DNA from: an uncultured Actinomycetota bacterium | Lineage (GTDB): Bacteria > Actinomycetota > Thermoleophilia > RBG-16-64-13 | Reading direction: 5' to 3' | Length of the DNA: 64,000 bases | NCBI GenBank assembly: GCA_963843455.1 | Contig: CAWJKE010000016.1 | Coordinates: forward strand, 159,506 to 223,505 | In this document: piece by piece, positions 8,620-18,737 of the stretch | How positions within the stretch are numbered: the stretch's first letter is position 1 | Layout: each line of letters starts with the position of its first letter | Translations under genes and position numbers: made by a program | Notes under the pieces: generated by a model | The model's input: only the letters and a program-made list of their open reading frames with translations | What the model was told of the DNA's origin: nothing | Databases searched by the model: none

Positions 8620-9305
8620 GAGCCCACCTGGATGCGGCTCGCCGTCAGGCTCTTGTCCGCGCCCCTCGTGGCGAGGATCACCACGTTCTTGCCGGCCGCC
8701 AGGTCGGCGGCGGAGCCGTCGGTGGTGACCGCGATTTTGGTGGAGCCGGTGAGCGGGATGGTCTGTGTGCCGCCGTTCGCGACCTGAATCGTCAGGCTGG
8801 TGGCGTCGCTGGCGGTGATGGTGCCATAGACCACGCGGCCGCGGCGGTTACCGAGATCCTGCGGCAGGGTGACGCCCACGTGCACCTGGCTCGCGCTCCG
8901 GCTCTTGTTCGGGTTCTTGGTCACCAAGACCGCAGCGGTCTTGCCGGGCACAAGATCGGCAGCGGTGCCGTCGCGGGTCACCGAGATCTTGGTGGAGTCA
9001 GCGAGCGTAATGGTCTGCGTGCCGCCCTTCGCGGTCTTGACGGTCACGCTGGACGCGTCGCTCGCGATGATGGTCCCCGCGATCATTCTGCCGCTCGACA
9101 CACCGGGTTTCTGTCCCTTGCCGGCCTGGCCCTGCTCCGGGGCCGCGCTGGGCGGCGTGGTGGCGTTCTGGTTCTGAGTCGATGTTTGCGTGCTGGTCTG
9201 CGTCGTAGCCGAGGATGCAAGAATGCCGCCACAGCCGGCTACCAGCGCCCCCAGACCCACGGTCACTATCGTGGCCGACACCAGCGCAATGTACCTGTTC
9301 TTCAT
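8616..9305 (-). CDS. lipoprotein with two tandem ~75-aa internal repeats
   Basis: MKNRYIALVSATIVTVGLGALVAGCGG signal peptide and lipobox. RBS AAGGGGAG. Repeats run TIxASDAxSxTxxxAxGGTQTIxLxxSTKIxVTxDGxAADL. Its stop is convergent with the ADH stop. Confidence 0.65.
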   Translation of the reverse strand: MKNRYIALVSATIVTVGLGALVAGCGGILASSATTQTSTQTSTQNQNATTPPSAAPEQGQAGKGQKPGVSSGRMIAGTIIASDASSVTVKTAKGGTQTITLADSTKISVTRDGTAADLVPGKTAAVLVTKNPNKSRSASQVHVGVTLPQDLGNRRGRVVYGTITASDATSLTIQVANGGTQTIPLTGSTKIAVTTDGSAADLAAGKNVVILATRGADKSLTASRIQVGS

Positions 9306-9570
9306 CAGAAACTCCCCTTGCTTCTTCGTATCTGCTCTGCCATCCCACGAAGGGGAGAAGATGTTACCAGCAGGGTGATAAAGCGCTCGTCGAGGGGCCG
9401 CGCTGCGCAATGAAACCACCGGGCGTAGATCGACAGGCGCTGTGGGCCCCCGAGCCGGGCGATATCGCGGAGGCGGCCCTTGGGCATGAATGCGGGCCTC
9501 CGTCTCCGGAGGCCCGCATTCAGTCGATCGGGGAGCCGTAGCCGCCACCCGCCGCGGCGGAATCCTGAGT

Positions 9571-10518
9571 CTACTTCTTGTCCGTGGCGTCCCCTTTGCC
9601 CTCGGGCGGGGGAGCCGGCTGGTCCAGGCTGTTCTGGTAGTCCTCCGAACTGGTGTTGAGTGTCGCCCCCGGATGCTGGGCGGCCAGGTCGAGCAACGCC
9701 AAGTTCTGATCATTGACCGGCAGTTGCTCGTACACATCGAATCGGATGTTCACGACCTTGCCGCCGTCCCGCGTCATCAGCCACTCTACGGGGTTCTTCG
9801 TGTCGGCGTCGACCACATACCAGGTGCCGTACTTCGTCCCATCGGAAGCCGTCCCATAGTCCTTCGTCGCCGCGATGCGGATGCAGTCCCGCCCCTCGAC
9901 GGTCTCGTTGCCTTCCACCACCGCATCACCCGAGCGGAGCATCTCGAGAATCATGTCTCGGTACGGGTCGGACTGCCCCGACTCCACCCGGAACATGTCG
10001 TTCTGGGCGGGCTGGTAGATAGTGTTCGTCGCCGCGTCGTATGTCTGGCCCAGGCCGGTGCCGTCCTGGAGTGTTTCCAGGACCGGCGAACCTTCGAAAG
10101 CCTGTATCGCGCGAATGGTGTATGGCACCGATGTGCGCGACCAGTTCTCCTCGGTCCACGTGCTCGAGTAACCGTCTTTGCCGGATTCGTGCCCGGTGAT
10201 CTTCACATGGATGATCGCGTTGTCGCTCGGATCGAGTGCTGCCACGGCCTTCTCCACGATCGTCGGCCCGCCGGAGCCAAATACGTTCACGACGCTGAGC
10301 ACGGCTAGGACTATGACCGCCGCGCCCACCACGATCGCGCCTTGCCATACCAGCCGGCGCCTACGAGATCTGCCCGCTCTGAGAGATGAACCCATCGTCG
10401 TTACCTCCTCGTAAAGGGCCTGAGCGCCCGGAGTGCTCGATAAGGAGGCGAGGCTCTCGTCGTCGATCCGCTGCAGCGCCTCGACGTACTGGTCGACGCG
10501 TTCTTCTCTGTTCGCCAT
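9571..10518 (-). CDS. anti-sigma factor (single transmembrane helix, extracytoplasmic domain)
   Basis: Start MANREERVDQYVEAL overlaps the sigma-factor stop (ATGA). Cytoplasmic N-terminal domain, then transmembrane helix, then a ~250-aa extracellular domain. Confidence 0.65.
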   Translation of the reverse strand: MANREERVDQYVEALQRIDDESLASLSSTPGAQALYEEVTTMGSSLRAGRSRRRRLVWQGAIVVGAAVIVLAVLSVVNVFGSGGPTIVEKAVAALDPSDNAIIHVKITGHESGKDGYSSTWTEENWSRTSVPYTIRAIQAFEGSPVLETLQDGTGLGQTYDAATNTIYQPAQNDMFRVESGQSDPYRDMILEMLRSGDAVVEGNETVEGRDCIRIAATKDYGTASDGTKYGTWYVVDADTKNPVEWLMTRDGGKVVNIRFDVYEQLPVNDQNLALLDLAAQHPGATLNTSSEDYQNSLDQPAPPPEGKGDATDKK

Positions 10519-11138
10519 CACACCACCTCCGTATCGGGGAGGACGTCTGCCCGCCCAGCCTGTACATGTTCTGAGCGGGTCGACGGTTTCACCGGTCCGG
10601 TTCCTCTCACAAGCGCTCCTCGTCGTTCGAGCTCGTGCGCGAACCGCCTGCGCGCCCGGTGGATTCGGACCTTGACCGCGGCCCTCGGGCAGCCGACCAC
10701 CGCGGCGATCTGCTGGGTGGTCAAGGTCTCCCACAGGAGCAGCCCCAGCAGGTCACGGTCGGCCGGCTTGAGCGCTATCCATGCCTCGATGACCGGGCGA
10801 CTGACCACGGAAGGCCGGGGATCGGCGTCCGTCCAAACCGCTTCCTCGTATTCGCGAGCGAGCAGATCGATGACCGCGCTGCGGCTCTGCTCTTTTCGGT
10901 GCTGGTTCCAGAGAACGCGGCGGGCGACGCCGTATAGCCAGAGGGTGGCCTCCTCCCCGGAGGGGATGTCGGCGTACTTTCGCCAGGCGATCGCGAACGT
11001 CTCGGCGACCACGTCGGCTGCGTTGTCCGCGGATGCCGTCCGCCTGAGCGCATAGCCCAGAATACGCCCATAGTTCGCCTGATAAAGGATGCGGAACCGC
11101 TCTTGTTGCGGTGTTTCGTGCATGATCACAGAGTACAT
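10518..11138 (-). CDS. ECF (sigma-70 family) RNA polymerase sigma factor
   Basis: Sigma-70 region 2 and region 4 features (LTTQQIAAVVGCPRAAVKVRIHRAR). ATG at 11138 or 11123. The longer ORF continuing to 11276 is unlikely. Confidence 0.75.
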   Translation of the reverse strand: MYSVIMHETPQQERFRILYQANYGRILGYALRRTASADNAADVVAETFAIAWRKYADIPSGEEATLWLYGVARRVLWNQHRKEQSRSAVIDLLAREYEEAVWTDADPRPSVVSRPVIEAWIALKPADRDLLGLLLWETLTTQQIAAVVGCPRAAVKVRIHRARRRFAHELERRGALVRGTGPVKPSTRSEHVQAGRADVLPDTEVV

Positions 11139-11426
11139 GTCCGGAGATCGGGAAGGGTTACAGCCCGAGCGCAGCGGTGGTAGATGCGCAGGGGCAGCCT
11201 CCTGCCCTGGAGTGTCTTGCTGCGCAACAACGTGTATTGACTCACTGACGCCGCATGATAGGCTGCAGCAAGGCAATCCGCGTTGGGGTATCCGGGCACG
11301 AAGGCGAAGTGTGCTGAAAGGGACTGCAATGTCCCAGGCGACTTCGCTCGGAAAGGGGTGCGGATGGGGTGAATCTTTGACGCCTTCCTCGAACTCTTCC
11401 TCGGTGTGACTTCAAGACTGTAGCTA

Positions 11427-12767
11427 TTGGGGGTGGCTATGAGTACGAGATCGGATACACCTATCCGCACGGGTAGGATGCGGATTCTATTGTTGGTGCT
11501 CGTGTTCGCTTTGGTGTCCGTAGCCGCGTTCGCCGCGGCGTGCGGGAGCGAGGAGACTACTACCACTGCGGCGGGACCGGCTACCACGGCCGGACCCACC
11601 ACGACGGCGGTAGCCAGCACTGATACAACCGGTACGACCCAGCCCCTTCCCGCCGCGATCAAGGTAGGCGCGGTCATCCCGCTCACCGGCAAATATGCAG
11701 GCCTGGGCGCCCAGGTCAAGGGCGGTTATGAACTGGCGGTCGCCGACATAAACGGCGCGGGCGGGGTCGACGTGGGCGGCACCAAGATCCCCATCGAACT
11801 CTCCATCCTCGACGACGAGTCGGACCCGACCAAGACGGTGCAGCAACTCGAGACTCACGCCTCGAACGGAGTGGTAGCCTACCTCGGCGGCGCGGGCAGT
11901 GACCTGCACGCCGCGGCAGCCGGCATCGCCGAGAAGAACAAGATCGCGTATCTAGGCATCGCGTTCGCCCTGCAGAAAGTGCACGAGCAGGGCTTCAAGT
12001 ACCTCTTCTCGCCGTTCCCGAAATCGCGTGATCACGCGAAGGCCACCTTTGACCTGCTCGATTCCTTCTCTCCCAAGCCGACAAAGGTCGCCATCTTCGC
12101 CGAGAAGACCGACTGGGGCGCAGAGATGGTCAAGTACTGGCAGCAGGAGGCCGACGCTCGCGGTGGCTACACATTGACGGTGTCCGAGTACGCACCCGGC
12201 ACCACCGACTACACCTCGATGATCCTCCCCGCCAAGGACGCCGGGGCCGAGGTCTTGCTGGCTCTCCCGAACTCTCCTGACGGGATAGCCATGATGAAAC
12301 AGGTCAAAGAACTGGGTTGGAACGCGAAAGTCTACTTCTTGATCCGCGCCCCCGACCCGCCGACCTTCGGGGAGGCCCTGGGGGCCGACAGCGATGGTGT
12401 CTGCTTGCTGCCCGGCTGGAACGCAGGTCTGCCGTACCCAGGTGTTAAGGAGATGACCGAGCGCTACACGACCATGACCGGCAAGCCGGCCGTGGCGTTG
12501 ACCGGCCCGGCCTACTCATGCGTCCAGATCCTCGCCGATTCCATCACCCGCGCCAAGAGCGTGGACCGTGATGCGATCCGCGACGCGATGGCAGCGACCG
12601 ATCTGGATACCATGGTCGGTCACGTCACGTTCGACGAAGCCGGCATGTGGGTGAACGCTCTGGATCCAGTCAACCAGTGGCAGAGCCTCAAGCAGGCGCT
12701 TGTCTTCCCCGCGGATGTCGCGCTCGTCCCGCCCATCTACCCGGCACTGCCTTGGGACCAGCGGTAG
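11427..12767 (+). CDS. ABC transporter substrate-binding lipoprotein (branched-chain amino acid / LivK family)
   Basis: Lipobox AAACGSEE followed by a periplasmic binding protein type I fold. The start is either 11439 (ATG) or 11478. Confidence 0.8.
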   Translation: MGVAMSTRSDTPIRTGRMRILLLVLVFALVSVAAFAAACGSEETTTTAAGPATTAGPTTTAVASTDTTGTTQPLPAAIKVGAVIPLTGKYAGLGAQVKGGYELAVADINGAGGVDVGGTKIPIELSILDDESDPTKTVQQLETHASNGVVAYLGGAGSDLHAAAAGIAEKNKIAYLGIAFALQKVHEQGFKYLFSPFPKSRDHAKATFDLLDSFSPKPTKVAIFAEKTDWGAEMVKYWQQEADARGGYTLTVSEYAPGTTDYTSMILPAKDAGAEVLLALPNSPDGIAMMKQVKELGWNAKVYFLIRAPDPPTFGEALGADSDGVCLLPGWNAGLPYPGVKEMTERYTTMTGKPAVALTGPAYSCVQILADSITRAKSVDRDAIRDAMAATDLDTMVGHVTFDEAGMWVNALDPVNQWQSLKQALVFPADVALVPPIYPALPWDQR

Positions 12768-12812
12768 CTAGAGAGACGAGCTACTCGTCCCGGCAGCGCC
12801 ATACGGCCTGTC

Positions 12813-13607
12813 ATGGTGCCGGAGGTCACGCCCTCGGGCGTGACCTCCGGCCCTCACCTCCGAGCAGACGGAGATCGGTTGCTGCTTGATCTAGAACAGG
12901 TCTCAAAAGCGTTCAAGGGCCTGATGGCCGTCCACACTGTCTCCATGAAGCTCGAGGAGGGTCAGATCCTCGGTCTGATCGGCCCCAACGGCGCCGGCAA
13001 GACCACTCTCTTCAACCTCATCACGGGAGTCTGTCCTCCCACGGAGGGCAGGATCTTCTTCGAGGGCAAAGACATCACCTCCACGGCGCCGCACAGCCGC
13101 TGCCGCATGGGCATCGCACGAACGTTCCAACTCGTGCGGCCCTTCCCGCAACTATCGGTGCTGGACAACGCGGCGATCGGCAGGATATACGGGCGGGACT
13201 GGGTGAAGAGCCGGTCCCGAGCAGAGAAAGAGTCGATCGAGGTCCTTGAGATCGTCGGGCTGGCCGAGCGCGCACGCGAGAAGGCCAAGAGCCTGACCCT
13301 CGTGGACCGCAAACGCCTTGAACTGGCACGTGCGCTGGCCGCAAAGCCGAAGTTGCTCCTGCTGGACGAACTCCTTGCCGGGTTGAACCCATCCGAGGTA
13401 CTCACCTCGATGGCACTGATCCAGAGCATCCGCGACATGGGTGTCACGATCATCATGGTCGAGCATGTGGTGAAGGCAGTCTTTGGGATTGCCGATCGGA
13501 TCGTCGTCCTCAACGCCGGCGATCTGATCGCGGAGGGTACCCCGGCAGAGATCTCCTGCAACGAGGAAGTCATCGATGCCTACCTAGGGAAGTCCCTACG
13601 TGGGTGA
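12813..13607 (+). CDS. livG: ABC transporter ATP-binding protein (LivG-like)
   Basis: Walker A GPNGAGKTT and signature LSGGQ-like motif. The probable true start is the TTG at 12879 (GGAGA RBS). Confidence 0.8.
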   Translation: MVPEVTPSGVTSGPHLRADGDRLLLDLEQVSKAFKGLMAVHTVSMKLEEGQILGLIGPNGAGKTTLFNLITGVCPPTEGRIFFEGKDITSTAPHSRCRMGIARTFQLVRPFPQLSVLDNAAIGRIYGRDWVKSRSRAEKESIEVLEIVGLAERAREKAKSLTLVDRKRLELARALAAKPKLLLLDELLAGLNPSEVLTSMALIQSIRDMGVTIIMVEHVVKAVFGIADRIVVLNAGDLIAEGTPAEISCNEEVIDAYLGKSLRG

Positions 13608-14331
13608 CTTCCTCACAGTCACCGGTGTCGACGTCGCCTACGGGGACATCCAGGCGCTTTGGGATGTGTCGCTGGAGGTCAACGAGGGCGAGATCGTCGC
13701 GCTGATCGGGCCGAACGGGGCAGGGAAGACCACCTTGATGCGGGTCATCGCTGGACTGCACCCGGTGCGATCGGGCACCATCCGTCTGGGTGATGCGGAC
13801 CTTCACACCTCGCGGGCTCACCGGATCGTCGAGCACGGCGTGATCCTGGTCCCCGAAGGGCGCCGGCTCTTCGGCGGGCTGACCGTGATGGACAATCTGG
13901 ACCTAGGAGCCTATTCGAGACGGGCGAGAGAAGTGCGCGCGAGCACACTGAAGCTTGTGTTCGAGCTCTTCCCGCTCCTCGCGGATCGGAGGTTCCAGCG
14001 GGCGAATACGATGAGCGGCGGACAACAGCAGATGCTCGCCGTCGGACGCGCGCTCATGGGCGTGCCGAAACTCCTCATGCTCGATGAGCCGTCGCTCGGC
14101 CTAGCGCCGATCGTCGTCGAGAACATCTTCGAGACGCTGCAGCGCCTCAACCAGCAAGGAGTCACCATCTTCCTCGTGGAACAGAACGCCCGGCAGGCAC
14201 TCGAACTCGCCGACCGTGCCTACATTCTCGAACAGGGACGGATCGCCGGTACGGGTCGCGGTGAGGAACTCCTGCACGACGACCGGGTACAGGAAGCCTA
14301 TCTGGGCATCTGCCCGGCACCGGAGAACTGA
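13600..14331 (+). CDS. livF: ABC transporter ATP-binding protein (LivF-like)
   Basis: GPNGAGKTT and LSGGQQQ motifs. GTG start overlapping the livG end. Confidence 0.8.
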   Translation: MGDFLTVTGVDVAYGDIQALWDVSLEVNEGEIVALIGPNGAGKTTLMRVIAGLHPVRSGTIRLGDADLHTSRAHRIVEHGVILVPEGRRLFGGLTVMDNLDLGAYSRRAREVRASTLKLVFELFPLLADRRFQRANTMSGGQQQMLAVGRALMGVPKLLMLDEPSLGLAPIVVENIFETLQRLNQQGVTIFLVEQNARQALELADRAYILEQGRIAGTGRGEELLHDDRVQEAYLGICPAPEN

Positions 14332-14335
14332 CCTG

Positions 14336-15215
14336 ATGGGCTTCGGATCATTCATCCAAACAGTCCTCTTCGGTATCTTCGCCGGTTCGATCTACGGCGT
14401 CGCCGCCATGGGGCTGGCCCTGGTCTTCGGGGTGATGAAGATCCTCAACATCGCTCACGGCGAACTCGTCATGATCGGCGGGTACGTAGGTTTCTGGGCA
14501 TTCACCACGATGGGCCTAGATCCCTTTGCCGCCCTGGTCATAGTCATCGTCGCCCTGTTCGCGCTCGGCACTACTTCTCGACCGGATCGTCTATCGGCAC
14601 ATTGTCCGCCTCGAGGGAGAGGAGAAGGTCAAGAATTCACTTCTGGTGAGTTTTGGCCTGGGCCTTGTCCTTCAGAACTTGGCGCAGTGGGTCTTCACCG
14701 GCGACGAGCGTTCCGTGCAGGTCTCCTACGCCGGAGAGGGCCTCGATATCTTCGGGGTGCTTCTGCCGTGGACACGGCTGGGGACTCTGGCGATCGCCCT
14801 GATCATCACGCTCGCTCTCCACTTCTTCCTTCGCAAGACCTATCCGGGCAAGGCCATCCTCGCCACTGCCGAGGACTATGAGTCGGCCGGTCTGGCCGGG
14901 ATCAACATCGACCGCGTCTACATGCTCACCTTTGCCCTGGGAGCCGCGCTCGCCGGGGTCGCGGGACAGTTCGTCACCGTCACCTACGCTCTGGCTCCCA
15001 GCATCGGCATGTTCTGGACTCTCAAGGCGATGATCGTGATCGTCTTGGCGGGCACCGGCAGCATCCTGGGCGCCCTGCCGGCGGGAATCCTCCTGGGCGT
15101 CGTCGAAGCCTTGAGCGGAGCCTACCTCGCCCAGACCTACAAGGAAGTAGTCGGGCTGATCATCTTCCTGCTCGTTCTCACCCTACGCCCGCAAGGGCTG
15201 TTCGTGAGGAAATGA
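14336..15215 (+). pseudogene. livH: branched-chain amino acid ABC permease (LivH-like) with a +1 frame disruption near 14572
   Basis: N-terminal 80 aa sit in the 14336 frame (ORF 14216..), and the remainder (RIVYRHIVRLEGEEKVKNSLLVSFGLGLVLQNL...) sits in the +1 frame (ORF 14646..). The switch is at GCGCTCGGCACT|ACTTCTCGAC. Confidence 0.7.
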
Positions 15216-16216
15216 TGGAGCAGCCGGGCGCCGGACGATCGGCATCACCCCGCTCGCCGCGGCGATGGCTCGGCCCCGTGGGGCTCGTCCTCCTGCTTGC
15301 CTTCGCACTTCTCTTCCCCCAGCAGATGGCCAAGGACAACATCTGGAACCTCTTCTTCCTCATCTGTCTCGGCATCAGCATCGGGCAGAGTTGGAACATG
15401 TTGGGAGGCTTCGCCGGGCAGACGAGTCTGGGCCATGCCGCGTTCTTCGGCATCGGGGCGCTCCTCACGCGCCTTCTGTGGTTCGGCGGTGTCCCATTTG
15501 TGCTGGCCTTGCTCGTGGGAGGAGTGACGGCGGTCGCCTTCGCCATGGTGATCGGCGCGCCCACCTTCCGGCTCCGCGGCGCGTACTTTGCCATCGGTAC
15601 CCTCGCCGTGGCGGAGGTGCTCAGGATCACGGTCGCTCAGAATCAGCCCTTCATCTCCACTATGTCCGGCACCATGATCGCGTCCTACAACCTGCCCATC
15701 CGTTACTATGTCGCGCTGGCACTGGCCATAGCCACCACCGCGGCAGCCTACTTCCTCCTACGTTCCCGGTGGAGCCTGGGCATCCTGGGAGTGCGCGAGG
15801 ACGAAGACGCCGCGCAGGCGACGGGGGTCCACATCCTGCATCACAAGTTGCTGGCCTTCGCCCTCAGCAGCTTCTTCATGGGCCTGGCGGGAGGCGTGTT
15901 CGCGTTCAAGCAGATCAGCTACTATCCAGAGGCCCCCTTCTTCCCCACCTGGACGTTCGATGCCCTGATGATCGCCTATATCGGCGGACTAGGCACCGTT
16001 GCGGGCCCCGTCGTCGGAGCCGTCTTCTACGTCGTGTTGCGCGAACGCTTGGCGGCGAACTTGACCGACGTTCATCAAGTCATCTTTGGAGTTCTGTTCA
16101 TCCTGATCGTCCTCTTGTTCCCCGGGGGGTTGCTGGACATCTGGAACCGCCTGACGAAGCGGGTGATGAAACGATGGAGACGAGCACCCGCAGGTGAGCG
16201 CGCAGGCCCCGAATGA
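15212..16216 (+). CDS. livM: branched-chain amino acid ABC permease (LivM-like)
   Basis: 334 aa with multiple transmembrane segments. The ATG overlaps the livH stop. Confidence 0.8.
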   Translation: MMEQPGAGRSASPRSPRRWLGPVGLVLLLAFALLFPQQMAKDNIWNLFFLICLGISIGQSWNMLGGFAGQTSLGHAAFFGIGALLTRLLWFGGVPFVLALLVGGVTAVAFAMVIGAPTFRLRGAYFAIGTLAVAEVLRITVAQNQPFISTMSGTMIASYNLPIRYYVALALAIATTAAAYFLLRSRWSLGILGVREDEDAAQATGVHILHHKLLAFALSSFFMGLAGGVFAFKQISYYPEAPFFPTWTFDALMIAYIGGLGTVAGPVVGAVFYVVLRERLAANLTDVHQVIFGVLFILIVLLFPGGLLDIWNRLTKRVMKRWRRAPAGERAGPE

Positions 16217-16246
16217 TTCTGATCCGGCGACTCGCCGGGGGGGCTG

Positions 16247-16606
16247 ATGGCAATGGAACTGACGAGTGCCGTACTGGGAGACATTCCCCTGCTTGTGGCA
16301 GTAGGCGCAGTGGACCGTGAGGTTTGCGGTTCTCTGCAGGCGGCATTGGGCAGGCTGACCGAGGCTCGCCATAACATCGTCTTCTTGGATCTGAGCGACG
16401 TCACCTACCTGGACAGCGCCGGGCTTTCGGTTCTCCTGACCTGGGTGCAAGCCCTGCGCGGGAAAGGCTGGCTGGGAGTTATCGGACCGAACGTCACCAT
16501 CCGCCGCCTCTTGGAGGGCGAGGGGCTCCTCCCCCATCCGAACGTGCGCGTCTTCGAGACCAGGCACGCGGCTCGCATTGCCACAGGCGAGCGGCAAAGC
16601 ACGTGA
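16247..16606 (+). CDS. STAS-domain anti-sigma-factor antagonist (SpoIIAA-like)
   Basis: 119 aa. Motif DLSDVTYLDSAGLSVLL typical of the STAS domain. Confidence 0.7.
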   Translation: MAMELTSAVLGDIPLLVAVGAVDREVCGSLQAALGRLTEARHNIVFLDLSDVTYLDSAGLSVLLTWVQALRGKGWLGVIGPNVTIRRLLEGEGLLPHPNVRVFETRHAARIATGERQST

Positions 16607-16627
16607 CCCACAGCGCTGGGTGATCTG

Positions 16628-17626
16628 TCATTCAGGCGCGGGCCCCTGCGGGCTTTCGGCCGGCTGAGTCGCTTGAGGCGGTGACGAGCGGCGGCGGACA
16701 AGGAGCAGCACCACCAACACCACCAAGGCAACGATGACGATGCCGCCTATGATGACGCCGATGATGGCCGCCCAGTGGTAAGCGGTGCTCTCTGCAAACA
16801 TCTGCCGGGCCTCGGTGAACCCGATGTTCCAGGCAAGTGTGTTGCCGCTCACCTCGTCGGCGTTGTTGTCGCCGATGGTGCCGGGCAGCGTGACACGGTT
16901 CTCGATGATCAGCACCTCACCCGGAAGGTCTACCCCCAGTCCGAGCGCGGCACCACTGAGCTTGGAGATCGCTCCGGCGGCATCGGCCGTGGCGGAGAAT
17001 CGGGTCTTGGTGCTGAACAGCCCATCGTCCTGGGTAAGGGTGACTCCGCCCACGCCCACCGCCGAAGCGAGATTGCTCGAGGCGAGTATCTCCTGCAGTT
17101 CCTGCGGGTTGGCGAAGGGCTGCGTCAGCGCCACCCATTTAGTGCCATCAGCGTCGGTGCCGCGCTCCACCTGCCATTCCCCCGGGATCTTGCTCAGGAT
17201 GGTGTCAAAGAGCTCGTCCACGCTCCCCGGGATCAGCCCGGACGCTTGGCCCAAGTCTCCCAGGCCTCCGCCCAGATCGCCGAGACCCTCCAGAGCTCCG
17301 CCCAGATCGCTAAGACCCCCCAGGCCTCCGCCTATCTTGCCCAAGCCTTGCAGCACCTTGCCCACGCCTCCCAAGGCTTTGCCTACGTCATCCAGCCCAA
17401 GGGCTTTTCGCAGACCGTCGAATAACGAACCCGAGTCCTTGGGTTTTTCGGGAATGGCCGCGAGCGCATCGTTCAAGGCCTTGTCGGCGGCAATACGTAC
17501 AGACACGGTCCCCGAGCCATCGGTTTCGACCTTAGTATCGAGCCCGACGCCGACAGTGCATCCGGTGAGGACGACCAGGCTCGTGAGCAGAAGGATGAGC
17601 AGCACCACGGGCAGCGCGTAGGACAT
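16628..17626 (-). CDS. lipoprotein with Gly/Leu-rich GLGxLG repeats, C-terminal transmembrane helix and Pro-rich tail
   Basis: Start MSYALPVVLLILLLTSLVVLTGC with a GAGGAG RBS. The internal repeats are encoded by near-tandem DNA repeats around 17220-17400. Confidence 0.6.
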   Translation of the reverse strand: MSYALPVVLLILLLTSLVVLTGCTVGVGLDTKVETDGSGTVSVRIAADKALNDALAAIPEKPKDSGSLFDGLRKALGLDDVGKALGGVGKVLQGLGKIGGGLGGLSDLGGALEGLGDLGGGLGDLGQASGLIPGSVDELFDTILSKIPGEWQVERGTDADGTKWVALTQPFANPQELQEILASSNLASAVGVGGVTLTQDDGLFSTKTRFSATADAAGAISKLSGAALGLGVDLPGEVLIIENRVTLPGTIGDNNADEVSGNTLAWNIGFTEARQMFAESTAYHWAAIIGVIIGGIVIVALVVLVVLLLVRRRSSPPQATQPAESPQGPAPE

Positions 17627-17792
17627 ACTTCTCCTCGCCCTTCTCGTGCCCGGATCGGTCTTGCTTCCCCTCACAACGATTCCCCCTCTGACGACGGGTC
17701 TGTCTACGACGACGCACGCCCTATACCCCGGATGGGCCGCTGCCGGGCCTTGCCGGCCGGGGCGCTTACTCTACTCGATGACTCCGGCCGTC

Positions 17793-18032
17793 CTACTTCA
17801 GGGCGTTTTCGCCGCCTACCTTCTGCGCCGCTCGGCCGAGAAGAACAAGTACCACAATGGCGATGACGGTAGCGATGATGGCGTAGGTGAACAGCCCGGC
17901 CAGGCTGTCGTCGACGCCGGTGATCTTGATGATGGCTGCCTTGATGGCCTCGTTCCAGGCCAGGGCGCACACGAAGCCCAGCGCCGCCGACGCCAAGGTG
18001 ATCATGGTCTGAATGAACACCCGTCCGTGCAT
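17793..18032 (-). CDS. small integral membrane protein (79 aa, two transmembrane helices)
   Basis: Strong AAGGAGG ribosome-binding site 6 nt upstream of the ATG. Confidence 0.6.
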   Translation of the reverse strand: MHGRVFIQTMITLASAALGFVCALAWNEAIKAAIIKITGVDDSLAGLFTYAIIATVIAIVVLVLLGRAAQKVGGENALK

Positions 18033-18139
18033 AGCTCCTCCTTGTTACGGGTTAGACGACCGTCTACTTGGGACCATATTCGTGGACGGCGGGTCTTGTC
18101 CTGTCGGAGCCGGTGACGCTCGGCGAGAGGTCGACAGGG

Positions 18140-18625
18140 CTACCACATCTGGTAGAGCGTGCAGAAGTAGGCGTATCCGCCGTAACTCCCGGACTCGATC
18201 ATCTTCCCCGTGTTCTTGACCCACATCGAGATCGAGAAGCTGGTCCCAAAACCGGCGGTCATGGCCCCCAGGCCGCCGAGCAGGACGTAGCGCACCTGCC
18301 TGGTGTCGACCATATGCCGGAACTCGTCCAGGGTGGGAAATGGGTACGAGCTGTCAAAACCACCTATCGAGAGAACAGGCTTGCCGGCGGCCAGTATGAA
18401 CGGCGCGGCGACCAGCGCTCCTTGCGTCGCAACCAGGAATGGCGCGGCGCCCTGGTTCCTCAGCAGGAAGTCCACGAGCCTCTCGCTGACGATCGGGGAT
18501 ATAGTGGGCGGCGCGGAAGACTCGCCCCCTGAGGCGCCGCTGGCCACGTGAACAGCACAAGGGACAGCACGGTGATGCCGCCCAGACCGGCCCAGGACCA
18601 CCAGGGACGAGACTCGGGCCGCCAA
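18140..18625 (-). CDS. hypothetical protein (possible C-terminal remnant of a membrane glycosyltransferase)
   Basis: 161-aa ORF with no clear RBS. Similarity is guessed from the PTLDEFRHMVDTRQVRYVLLGG region. Low confidence. Confidence 0.3.
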   Translation of the reverse strand: MAARVSSLVVLGRSGRHHRAVPCAVHVASGASGGESSAPPTISPIVSERLVDFLLRNQGAAPFLVATQGALVAAPFILAAGKPVLSIGGFDSSYPFPTLDEFRHMVDTRQVRYVLLGGLGAMTAGFGTSFSISMWVKNTGKMIESGSYGGYAYFCTLYQMW

Positions 18626-18737
18626 CCCCTCAGGCGTGACCAGGTCCCCGTTTGTGCACTATCGGTGCTCATCGTGGCGAGATTCTATCGGATGCATAAA
18701 GGCCGTTCTGTCGCTGGGCCTCTGCTATCGTGGGCAG

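Noticed and set aside
8475-9413. 312-aa plus-strand ORF, and similar ORFs at 9490..10308, 15265..16197, 37244..38500(-), 41734..43608(-), 48040..49152, 51988..53157, 60354..61292 and 62737..63630
   Set aside because: All lie antisense to strongly supported genes and encode Arg/Gly/His-rich low-complexity products. These are expected shadow ORFs in about 67% GC DNA.
11123-11276. N-terminal extension of the sigma factor ORF (MPCCSLSCGV...)
   Set aside because: It would give a 252-aa protein with a Cys/Ser-rich leader, which is atypical of ECF sigmas. The ATG at 11138 or 11123 gives the expected length of about 200 aa.
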